In this document: in pieces, positions 45,512 to 53,288 of the stretch
How the letters are laid out: the number at the start of each line of letters is the position of its first letter
Numbering within the stretch: position 1 is the first letter of the stretch
Origin: Clostridia bacterium
GTDB taxonomy: Bacteria > Bacillota > Clostridia > Oscillospirales > Butyricicoccaceae
Reading direction: 5' to 3'
DNA length: 64,000 nt
Assembly (NCBI GenBank): GCA_017559995.1
Contig: JAFYPP010000003.1
Coordinates: forward strand, 1,015-65,014
Program-made: the position numbers and the translations under genes
The notes under the pieces: model-generated
What the model was told of the DNA's origin: nothing
Database searches by the model: none
The model's input: the letters and a program-made list of their open reading frames with translations, nothing else

Positions 45512-47198
45512 CTTTGTCCTCATCCATCAAAATGGTGTTTTTCAAATTGTTGACGGCAACCTTGGTCTCTGCCACCGTTTCGCCCAGAAGGCTTGCGATC
45601 TCGTGCGCGATCCGCATCTGCTTTTCCACGATCTCGTCTGCCATGCCCGCGGTGCGGAGCTTGACCTGACGGATCTGATTCTTTTTCTGGCGGCTGCGGG
45701 TCACGTCCTTCATGATGCAGGTGACGATCTCTTTATCTTCATCGCAGATGAAAACCTGCTCCAGATAAACGTTGTAGTCGGAAAGATAGGTGTAGTTCTG
45801 GATCTGCCGTCCGTCGCCGCTGAGCATACGGACAAAGTCAAACTCGTCCAGAATACGGGAAACGGGATATCCGATAATATCCTCCCGGTTGCGAATGGAG
45901 AAGATCTCACAGGCGGCCTCGTTGATTTGCTTCACTTTCAGATCACGGCCAACCGTAACGATCGCGTTGGGAGAAACGCTGACGATCTTGTCGGAATAGG
46001 ATTCCGCCTTGGCCTGCATATAGGGCAGACACATGGTGATATCCGCGCGGCCCAGGAATACGGCGTGGGCCTTTTCACGGCAGGTGGCATAGCCGCACAT
46101 ACCGCAGTTCAGCTCGTCCTCGGGCTTGGTTTTACCCATACGCCGCAGAACATTCTGCAACTGCTCGGCAGAGGGCTCGGGACGGTACACGGGACGGGCG
46201 GTCAGCACGCTCTCCAGATCCACGGTCTCGTCGACTTCGAAATCGGAACCTTCGTTGTCTACGGCAGAGGTCTGCACCACGGCGGAAGAGACGGCAACAC
46301 GGCGATCACGCTTCAGGAAGGCGGGGCCGCCGACACAGGAGCCCTCGCAGGCGGAAACTTCAATGAAGCAGCGCTTCAGTTTGCCGTCCACAGCGTCGCG
46401 AATGGCCTGGATGCAATCCTCCATACCGTCCACAGCCAAATAACGCCAACCGGCTTCGGTCTTCATGGTACGAAGGATACCGCCGGTCACGGGGAACATA
46501 CGGGACAGTTTCGCGTCGGAACTGGCGAACGCCTTGTTCACGTGGATGCCGCTTTCACGCATCCAATCTTCCAGTTCGTCAAAGGTCAGATCGTAATCGG
46601 GGCCGTCGGTACAACCCTGGGGCACCGTTTCGGTCTTTTTGGAAATGCAGGGGCTAAGAAACACCACCGCGGCGCCCGGACAGCGCTGATGGATCAGGCG
46701 GGTCACGGCGCGGAGCGGTGTGGTAACGGGAGCCATAAACGGGATGGCTTCCGGCATATACTTACGGATGTACTGATTGATGGAAGAGCAGCAGGTGGTG
46801 ATCACCGGGCCTTCGATACCGGAGGCAAGAAGCTTTTCGTACTCGCTCTTTACCAGAAAAGCGCCTTCCGCGGTTTCAAACACCTGGGAAAAGCCCAGCT
46901 GCTTCATGGCAGCGGAAAACATCTGCCAGTCGCAGCCGTCGAAATAGGCGGTAAAGGAGGGTGCCACAGCGGCAACCACTTCCCGACCGGAAGCCAGCAG
47001 CTGCCGGATCTCCTGCAGGCTGCTCACGTCCTCCTTGGCATTCTGGGGGCACACCACCGTGCAGCGGCCGCAGAGGATGCAGTCCTCCTCCACGATCTGC
47101 GCCTGCTGGTCAATGACCTGAATGGCCTTCACCGGACAGTTTCGAACGCATTTGTAACAGTTTTTGCAATTTGCCTTTTTGAACTTCAGGATCCCCAT
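45498..47198 (-). CDS. hydS: Sensory-type [FeFe] hydrogenase-like protein with C-terminal PAS domain (HydS, group C)
   Basis: 566 aa with two N-terminal 4Fe-4S motifs (CKNCYKCVRNCP, CILCGRCTVVCP). The H-domain motifs are modified: TTCCSSI (L1), SPCISKKTE (L2) and EVSACEGSCVGG (L3). There is an extra CGMCGYATC cluster and a PAS-like C-terminus (SPNAIVTVGRDLKVKQINEAACEIF). Confidence 0.85.
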   Translation of the reverse strand: MGILKFKKANCKNCYKCVRNCPVKAIQVIDQQAQIVEEDCILCGRCTVVCPQNAKEDVSSLQEIRQLLASGREVVAAVAPSFTAYFDGCDWQMFSAAMKQLGFSQVFETAEGAFLVKSEYEKLLASGIEGPVITTCCSSINQYIRKYMPEAIPFMAPVTTPLRAVTRLIHQRCPGAAVVFLSPCISKKTETVPQGCTDGPDYDLTFDELEDWMRESGIHVNKAFASSDAKLSRMFPVTGGILRTMKTEAGWRYLAVDGMEDCIQAIRDAVDGKLKRCFIEVSACEGSCVGGPAFLKRDRRVAVSSAVVQTSAVDNEGSDFEVDETVDLESVLTARPVYRPEPSAEQLQNVLRRMGKTKPEDELNCGMCGYATCREKAHAVFLGRADITMCLPYMQAKAESYSDKIVSVSPNAIVTVGRDLKVKQINEAACEIFSIRNREDIIGYPVSRILDEFDFVRMLSGDGRQIQNYTYLSDYNVYLEQVFICDEDKEIVTCIMKDVTRSRQKKNQIRQVKLRTAGMADEIVEKQMRIAHEIASLLGETVAETKVAVNNLKNTILMDEDKDEQR

Positions 47199-47213
47199 GG
47201 TGAGACCCTCCTT

Positions 47214-47861
47214 TTAAGATTGGCTGCGGATGATTCCCTGCAGCTGATGGGCAAGCATTGCCAGCGAAGAAGAAAGATCTTCGTTACGAACGATTACGTT
47301 CTCGGGTATGCGGAGCTGAACGGGCGCAAAGTTCCAAATGGCCAGGATGCCGGCTGATACCAGCTGATCGCAAACAGCCTGCGCCTGATCGGCGGGAACG
47401 GTGATGATGCCGATGCGGATATGCATCCGTCTGCAAAGATCCACCATCCGCCGCACGGAAAACACCGGCTTATCGTGGATCGACAACCCATCCAGGGCGT
47501 CGTTGCGGTCAAAGGCGGCCACAATATGAACACCGCAATGGTCAAAACCGGGGTTGCCCAAAAGCGCATGGCCAAGGGAACCAACGCCGACCAAAACGGC
47601 GTCATCCACATTTCGGTATCCAAGATAGGTTTCCATGTTGTCGATCAGGTCGCTGATCAGAAATCCGGTACGGGGTTTTCCGGGAGTTGTGCTCATCAAA
47701 GACAGTTCTTTGCGGACCTGAACCTCATTCAAACCCAACTGCCGTGCTACCACAGGCGCGGTAACAAAGACGCTTCCCTGTTTCTGCAATTCTTTCAAGT
47801 AAAGCAGATAGCGCGGGAGCCGCTTCAACGCTTGTTCCGATATGGCAACGGCTTTGGTCAT
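47214..47861 (-). CDS. rex: Redox-sensing transcriptional repressor Rex
   Basis: 215 aa from ATG 47861, with a GGAGG SD 6 nt upstream. It has a winged helix (RLPRYLLYLKEL...VTAPVVARQLGL) and an NADH-binding Rossmann motif (LVGVGSLGHALL). Confidence 0.92.
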   Translation of the reverse strand: MTKAVAISEQALKRLPRYLLYLKELQKQGSVFVTAPVVARQLGLNEVQVRKELSLMSTTPGKPRTGFLISDLIDNMETYLGYRNVDDAVLVGVGSLGHALLGNPGFDHCGVHIVAAFDRNDALDGLSIHDKPVFSVRRMVDLCRRMHIRIGIITVPADQAQAVCDQLVSAGILAIWNFAPVQLRIPENVIVRNEDLSSSLAMLAHQLQGIIRSQS

Positions 47862-48150
47862 GGAAACCTCCAATCAGTATATTTTTACCGATACAGTATA
47901 CCGCAAAATGGCGCGGTTTGTCAATTGCTTTGATACAAGTCTGTATTAAATATGTATTAATTAAATAAAAACGTTTTCCTATCGAGTAAGCGTTTTGTAG
48001 GTTATTTCACGCATTTTTGGAAATGTGCGGAAAATTTTCCTGTTATATCCGCTATTCCTTGAAAATTGGCACTCTTTTCGGCTTTTTTCGCACGAAAAGT
48101 TCGTCCGCGTTTACCTTCGCCAGTTATTTCCAATATCGTGTGTTTTTCTC

Positions 48151-48178
48151 TTGACAACGGCGCTGAAACGGCTAAAAT
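48151..48178 (+). promoter_or_regulatory. Sigma-A-type promoter of the 241-aa membrane protein gene
   Basis: TTGACA, a 16-nt spacer, then TAAAAT, about 40 nt upstream of the GTG at 48220. Confidence 0.5.
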
Positions 48179-48219
48179 GTCTTTTTGAGTCGAAACGCTG
48201 ATGTAAGGGAGACCTCACC

Positions 48220-48945
48220 GTGTCCAAAATGCGAAAAATCTATCTGGCGCGCTTCATTTTCCGCTGCCTGACGCTGCTTGCGATGACAAGCCTTATCTTT
48301 CTGGCCCCCAAACAGTTTGAACCCTTCTATCCGGGCCGTTTCTTTGCAAAGCCTACGCTTCTGCACCTTTTGTGGATCGTTTGGATCATGGATATGCTGT
48401 CCCAGTTGATTCCTTCCGGCAAGGCCGTTACCGCCCTGGGATCCCAGAAATCCTTCCGCATCCATTTTCGCCGGGCCGCCACCCCGCTCTCCCCTGCCGG
48501 ACTTGCGCAAAGAGCGAAAGCCGCTGCCAAGCGTGCCTATGTGGTGTTCCTCATTTGGTGCGTGCTGACCGCCGCTCTTGGCATTCTGCACGGGAAAGGC
48601 ATTCTGGGCGACCTCGCGCTGTTATGGGTAACCACCTTTTTCTACGTTTGTGACCTGATCTGCGTCCTGTTCTGGTGCCCTTTCCGTCATTTTATCATGA
48701 AAAACCGCTGCTGTACCACCTGCCGTATTTTCAACTGGGACCATCTGATGATGTTCAGTCCCCTGCTGTTTGTGGACGGCTTCTTTGCACGCAGCTTGTT
48801 CCTTCTTTCCGTCGTGGTCTTTCTGGTGTGGGAGATCACGGTGCTCCGCCATCCCGAGCGGTTTGACGAAGGCGCCAACGACGCCCTCAAGTGCGGCCAA
48901 TGCACCGATCGGCTGTGCGTCAATGCAAAAAAGATCCACGGATGA
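48220..48945 (+). CDS. Hypothetical polytopic membrane protein with Cys motifs
   Basis: 241 aa with a GTG start and a GGGAGA SD. It has about 5-6 hydrophobic segments and the motifs CPFRHFIMKNRCCTTC and CGQCTDRLC. I recognise no family. Confidence 0.6.
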   Translation: MSKMRKIYLARFIFRCLTLLAMTSLIFLAPKQFEPFYPGRFFAKPTLLHLLWIVWIMDMLSQLIPSGKAVTALGSQKSFRIHFRRAATPLSPAGLAQRAKAAAKRAYVVFLIWCVLTAALGILHGKGILGDLALLWVTTFFYVCDLICVLFWCPFRHFIMKNRCCTTCRIFNWDHLMMFSPLLFVDGFFARSLFLLSVVVFLVWEITVLRHPERFDEGANDALKCGQCTDRLCVNAKKIHG

Positions 48946-48976
48946 CAAAAAAGCCCTCTTGCGAGGGCTTTTTTTA
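48946..48976. terminator. Bidirectional terminator (membrane protein / GTPase-NYN gene)
   Basis: An A-run, then AGCCCTC-TTGC-GAGGGCT, then a T-run, between convergent stops. Confidence 0.85.
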
Positions 48977-51598
48977 TTTCTTCTTTGTCATTTCGCGGAC
49001 AGTACTGCCCTTCATGGCACGGTTGCGATACTTCTGCACGATCTCGTCGATCTCCAGATGGGTGTTGCGGATCTCGCTGAGGAAAATATTGGCCGGTACC
49101 CGCGTGGCACCATGGCCCAGAATGATCAGCTGTTCCATGCCGTCAGAGGTGGCTACCCGAACACGGTACTGCTTGCGCATATCGTAGGTGGCCTTTTCGA
49201 TAAAGGCGTCGGCAGTTTCGGCCTCCTTGGTGTAGACGATGTGGATGTTTTTATATTTCTCCACCGAACCGGGATTGCCCTTCACTTTGTAGGCGTCGAA
49301 CACCAGAATCACGCCGCACTTGCGGTAGCCCTGATAGTTGCTCAAAAGATCGGCCAGCGACTGCCGCGCGGCCTCCAGACTTTCGGCCGCCAGCGACTTC
49401 AACTCGTCCCATGCAAAAATGATATTGTAACCGTCCACCAGAAGGTATTCAGGCAGCATCGTTACCGGCGTATGCTTAACCGATTTATGGCTCTCCGCCC
49501 GCACCTCGGGCGTACGCTGGACAAACTCCCGGCGCTTGACGGCACCGTAGGTACGCTCAAAGATCGCCTGCAGTTCCTTGTCCTCTTCCACCGTACCGCG
49601 ATAGGCGCTTGCGGAAGCCGACACGGTGACCACGGGCGTCTCTTCTTCCATTCTGGCAGCGGGCCGCAGACCGCTCTCCAGATGCATATGCTGCTCCACT
49701 TCGTACCAGGGCACGATCACACCGGCACCGTGGCTGCAGAATACCGAATCGGCAGAGTTCTCGGTGTCGGCGTCCACGTCGTAGGCTATAGCCTCCACCA
49801 CGGCCTGCTGCTGGGCGCACGCCTCGTACCGACCCGGCCAACAGGAAAGACGGCCGCGGCCGCGGGTATAGGCCGCCAGTTCAGACTGGTAACCGCGCAT
49901 GGCGGCCACCGGCGCGCTGCCGGTCAGCAAGGCCCGGTCTCCTACCTGCTCGGGGCTTTCACAGGTGCCGTTTTTCTGCTGAATATCGGTCATGGCACGG
50001 CCCACGCACTCAACGGGCAGTTCCATGGAAAAGTCGTAATAAGGCTCCAGAAGGATGCTTTCCGCCTTGCGCAGACCGTGCCGCACGGCACGGTAGGTGG
50101 CCTGACGGAAATCGCCGCCCTCGGTGTGCTTTACATGGGCACGGCCGCTGAGGATGGAGATCCGCACGTCGGTAATGGGTGAGCCGGTCAGCACGCCCAC
50201 ATGCTGTTTTTCCTCCAGATGGGTGAGGATCAGCCGCTGCCAGTTGAGATCCAGATCGTCGGTGCCGCAGGACGAGTCAAAGACCAAACCGCTGCCACGG
50301 GGGCCGGGCTCCAGCAGCAGATGCACCTCGGCGTAATGACGCAGCGGCTCGAAGTGTCCCACGCCCTCCACGGGAGCGGCGATGGTTTCCTTGTAAACCA
50401 CGCTGCCCTGACCAAAGGAAACATCCATGGAAAAGCGCTCTTTGATCTGCCGCTGCAGCACTTCCAGCTGCACCTCGCCCATCAGCTGCACCTGCACCTC
50501 ACGCAGACGCTCATCCCACAGGATGTGCAATTGGGGATCCTCTTCCTCCAGCTGGCGCAGCTTTCGCATGGTCTCCGGGATATTGCAGTCCTTCGGAAGA
50601 TCCATCCGATAGGTCAGCACCGGTTCCAGAAGGGGTGCCTGTGCCGCGGCTTCGGCACCCAGGCCCTGCCCCGGGAAGGTAAGCTCCAACCCGGTGACGG
50701 CACAGACCGAGCCGGCTTCCACCACCTCGGCCTGCTTGTATTTGGCGCCCGAATAGATGCGCAGCTGATCGGCCTTTTCCGACCACTCGCCGCCGCTTCC
50801 CATCCCGGAAAGCAGGCTCTTCACCCGCAGCTGACCGCCGGTGACCTTGAGATAGGTCAGCCGGGTGCCCTGAGTATCCCGGGCGATCTTATAGACCCGT
50901 GCCGCGAACTCTGTCGGATAGGCGGGCCTTACGGTCAGCCCGGACAGATCGCCCAGCAGCTCCTCGACGCCCTCCAGCTTGAGGGCCGAGCCAAATCTGC
51001 AGGGGAAAGCCTTTCGCCGCGCGATCACCCCGGCAAGGTCATCGGCGGAAAGATCCCCGTCCTCCAGATAGCGTTCCAAAAGCCGCTCGTCGCACAGCGA
51101 GAACGCCTCTGCCCGTTCATCGGGCGGGGCGTCCATATCGATGCATTTATCGGACAGACGGCTCTGCAGTTCCGTGAGGATGGCAGGCTTGTCCGCGCCC
51201 GCCAGATCCATCTTATTGACGAACAGAAAGGTCGGTATTTTGTACCGCCGCAGCAGCCGCCAAAGGGTCTCCGTGTGGCTTTGCACACCGTCGGTGCCGG
51301 AGATCACCAGGATGGCGTAATCCAGCACCTGCAGGGTGCGCTCCATTTCGGCGGAAAAATCCACGTGCCCCGGGGTGTCCATCAGGGTGATCTCCACCTC
51401 CGGCAGGGGCAGCACCGCCTGTTTGGAAAAGATGGTGATGCCCCGCTCCCGCTCCAGATTGTTGTGGTCGAGAAAGGCGTCCCTGTGATCCACCCGGCCC
51501 AGCTTGTTGATGCTGCCGCTCAAATAGAGCATACCCTCGGAAAGGGTCGTCTTGCCCGCGTCAACATGGGCCAGGATGCCGATCACAAGTTTCTTCAT
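48974..51598 (-). CDS. TetM/EF-G-like translational GTPase fused to a C-terminal YacP/Rae1-type NYN nuclease domain
   Basis: 874 aa. G1 AHVDAGKT, G2 RGITI, G3 DTPGH and G4 NKMD are present, followed by regions colinear with EF-G/TetM domains II-V (about aa 1-640). After a linker, aa ~716-858 carry LLVDGYN, VFDA, ETAD..IEK and VATSD, the YacP/Rae1 blocks. SD AGGAGA is present. Confidence 0.85.
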   Translation of the reverse strand: MKKLVIGILAHVDAGKTTLSEGMLYLSGSINKLGRVDHRDAFLDHNNLERERGITIFSKQAVLPLPEVEITLMDTPGHVDFSAEMERTLQVLDYAILVISGTDGVQSHTETLWRLLRRYKIPTFLFVNKMDLAGADKPAILTELQSRLSDKCIDMDAPPDERAEAFSLCDERLLERYLEDGDLSADDLAGVIARRKAFPCRFGSALKLEGVEELLGDLSGLTVRPAYPTEFAARVYKIARDTQGTRLTYLKVTGGQLRVKSLLSGMGSGGEWSEKADQLRIYSGAKYKQAEVVEAGSVCAVTGLELTFPGQGLGAEAAAQAPLLEPVLTYRMDLPKDCNIPETMRKLRQLEEEDPQLHILWDERLREVQVQLMGEVQLEVLQRQIKERFSMDVSFGQGSVVYKETIAAPVEGVGHFEPLRHYAEVHLLLEPGPRGSGLVFDSSCGTDDLDLNWQRLILTHLEEKQHVGVLTGSPITDVRISILSGRAHVKHTEGGDFRQATYRAVRHGLRKAESILLEPYYDFSMELPVECVGRAMTDIQQKNGTCESPEQVGDRALLTGSAPVAAMRGYQSELAAYTRGRGRLSCWPGRYEACAQQQAVVEAIAYDVDADTENSADSVFCSHGAGVIVPWYEVEQHMHLESGLRPAARMEEETPVVTVSASASAYRGTVEEDKELQAIFERTYGAVKRREFVQRTPEVRAESHKSVKHTPVTMLPEYLLVDGYNIIFAWDELKSLAAESLEAARQSLADLLSNYQGYRKCGVILVFDAYKVKGNPGSVEKYKNIHIVYTKEAETADAFIEKATYDMRKQYRVRVATSDGMEQLIILGHGATRVPANIFLSEIRNTHLEIDEIVQKYRNRAMKGSTVREMTKKK
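49025..49453 (-). other. NYN (YacP/Rae1-like) ribonuclease domain within the GTPase fusion
   Basis: The segment LPEYLLVDGYNIIFAWDELK...CGVILVFDAYKVKG...IHIVYTKEAETADAFIEKA...VRVATSDGMEQLIILGHGA keeps the acidic residues expected for a PIN/NYN active site. Confidence 0.75.
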
Positions 51599-51616
51599 GG
51601 GTTTCTCCTAACGTGA

Positions 51617-52432
51617 TTATTTTTCCAGAATATCCAGGAACTCCTGCGAGGGTTCCTCGCCGTATTCGCTGATCTCGTACACTTCCACGTGCTTGATATT
51701 GTCGGCCTCGTCGCCGAACTTGGCACGCACTTCCGCGTCATACTCACGGCGGAACCGTGCGAACAGGCGGTCAAACCGATCACGCAGACGGGCGATCTGC
51801 TGCTCTCTGGGCCAATCGATCAGTTCGGTATTGTCGGGCCAGTACATCCAGTCAAAATACTGGCACTCGTGGCAGGAAGCGTGCTGCACGATGTCCTCCA
51901 GCGTATCGTCGATGGGAACGATGACGTCGCCCTGGCAGGGATAGGGCTTTTTGAAGGAGTCATGCCAGTACAGCACCACGGGCATATGCTCCATATAGGG
52001 CGTATCGGCGCAGATGCAGGGCACGGTCAGCAGGAAAGAAGCGTCCTGCACCAGCTGCGCGGTGTTGCGGTGGTCGGCATGGTAGTCGTTCAGGCGGTTG
52101 GTGATGATCAGATCGGGCTTGAAGCGGCGGATATAGCGGATCAGCTCTTCCCGGATCTCCAGAGTGACTTCCAGACGTCCGTCGGGATGATCCAGAACGT
52201 CATACCGCGCGTCCAGACGGGCTCCGCTGCGGGCGGCTTCGGCACGGCGCATGAGCTTCAGCTCCTGGCCGCCGATCTCCTTGCGATAGGTACCGGCGCT
52301 GCCGTCGGTGACCGACAGCAGACGGATCTCCCAGCCTTTGCGCTTCAGTTTGGTCAGCAGACCGCCGGCGCTGGTATCGGCATCATCGGGATGGGCACCG
52401 ATGCTCAAAACTCTCATTTTTCGTTCACTCAT
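51617..52432 (-). CDS. PIG-L/LmbE-family N-acetylglucosaminyl deacetylase
   Basis: 271 aa from ATG 52432, with AAAGGAG upstream; the track start is 52453. VLSIGAHPDDADTSAGG is the PIG-L zinc motif, and HxDH (YHADHRN) is also present. The stop lies 18 nt before the GTPase-NYN start. Confidence 0.8.
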   Translation of the reverse strand: MSERKMRVLSIGAHPDDADTSAGGLLTKLKRKGWEIRLLSVTDGSAGTYRKEIGGQELKLMRRAEAARSGARLDARYDVLDHPDGRLEVTLEIREELIRYIRRFKPDLIITNRLNDYHADHRNTAQLVQDASFLLTVPCICADTPYMEHMPVVLYWHDSFKKPYPCQGDVIVPIDDTLEDIVQHASCHECQYFDWMYWPDNTELIDWPREQQIARLRDRFDRLFARFRREYDAEVRAKFGDEADNIKHVEVYEISEYGEEPSQEFLDILEK

Positions 52433-52576
52433 ATGGCAGACGCTCCTTTGCATATATGTTTTCTGTGGAGATTATACCAAACCCCGCACAAAAAGGCAAC
52501 GAAAACGGTAGCATTCCGAAGGTATCTGTGATAAAATAAGCGTACTAATTGAAATCATAACAAGTGAGGGCAATCT

Positions 52577-53287
52577 ATGAATATCATTCACGTTTCCAGC
52601 TATGAAGAATTGAGCCGCAAGGCTGCCGATATCATCGCTTCCCAGATTTTGATGAAACCCAACTGCGTGCTGGGCCTCGCCACCGGTTCCACCCCCATCG
52701 GCACTTACCAGAACCTGGTGAAGAAATACCAGCAGGGCGATCTGGATTTTTCCACCCTGACCACCTTTAACCTGGATGAATATCTGGGTCTCACCGGCGA
52801 CCATCCCCAGAGCTACCGCTATTTCATGAACGATAACCTGTTCAACCACGTAAACGTCCGTCCCGAGTGCACCAACGTACCCGACGGCTGTGCCGCCGAT
52901 CCCAAGGCCTACGGTCTGGCCTATGACCAGGCCATCGCCGACATGGGCGGCATCGATCTGCAGCTGCTGGGCATTGGGAACAACGGCCACATCGCCTTCA
53001 ACGAGCCTGCCGACGTGTTCGTGGCGGAAACTCATACCGTCACCCTCGACAAGAGCACCATCGAGGCCAACAAGCGGTTCTTCAACTCCATCGACGAAGT
53101 CCCCACCCAGGCCATCACCATGGGCATGGGTTCCATCATGAAGGCCAAGAAGGTCCTGCTCATCGCCAACGGTGCCGCCAAGAAGGAAGCTATTGAGAAA
53201 TCCTTCTACGGCCCCATCACTCCCGAGGTCCCTGCTTCTATCCTGCAGCTCCATCCCGACCTGACCGTCATCTGCAATCTGGACTGA
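52577..53287 (+). CDS. nagB: Glucosamine-6-phosphate deaminase
   Basis: 236 aa with LGLATGSTP, FNLDEY and LGIGNNGHIAFNEP, the NagB signatures. Confidence 0.95.
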   Translation: MNIIHVSSYEELSRKAADIIASQILMKPNCVLGLATGSTPIGTYQNLVKKYQQGDLDFSTLTTFNLDEYLGLTGDHPQSYRYFMNDNLFNHVNVRPECTNVPDGCAADPKAYGLAYDQAIADMGGIDLQLLGIGNNGHIAFNEPADVFVAETHTVTLDKSTIEANKRFFNSIDEVPTQAITMGMGSIMKAKKVLLIANGAAKKEAIEKSFYGPITPEVPASILQLHPDLTVICNLD

Positions 53288-53288
53288 T

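Noticed and set aside
48172-48591. A 139-aa minus-strand ORF overlapping the promoter and 5' part of the membrane-protein gene.
   Set aside because: It is antisense to a hydrophobic, SD-preceded ORF. Its translation is Gly/Arg/Lys-rich without motifs, and it would start inside the other gene.
48974-51598. Calling the TetM-like GTPase a tetracycline ribosomal-protection resistance gene.
   Set aside because: The G-domain similarity is family-level only. The domain-IV loop region does not show the YSPVS-type motif I recall as important in Tet(M)/Tet(O). The protein also carries an extra NYN domain. Resistance cannot be inferred without phylogeny or MIC data.
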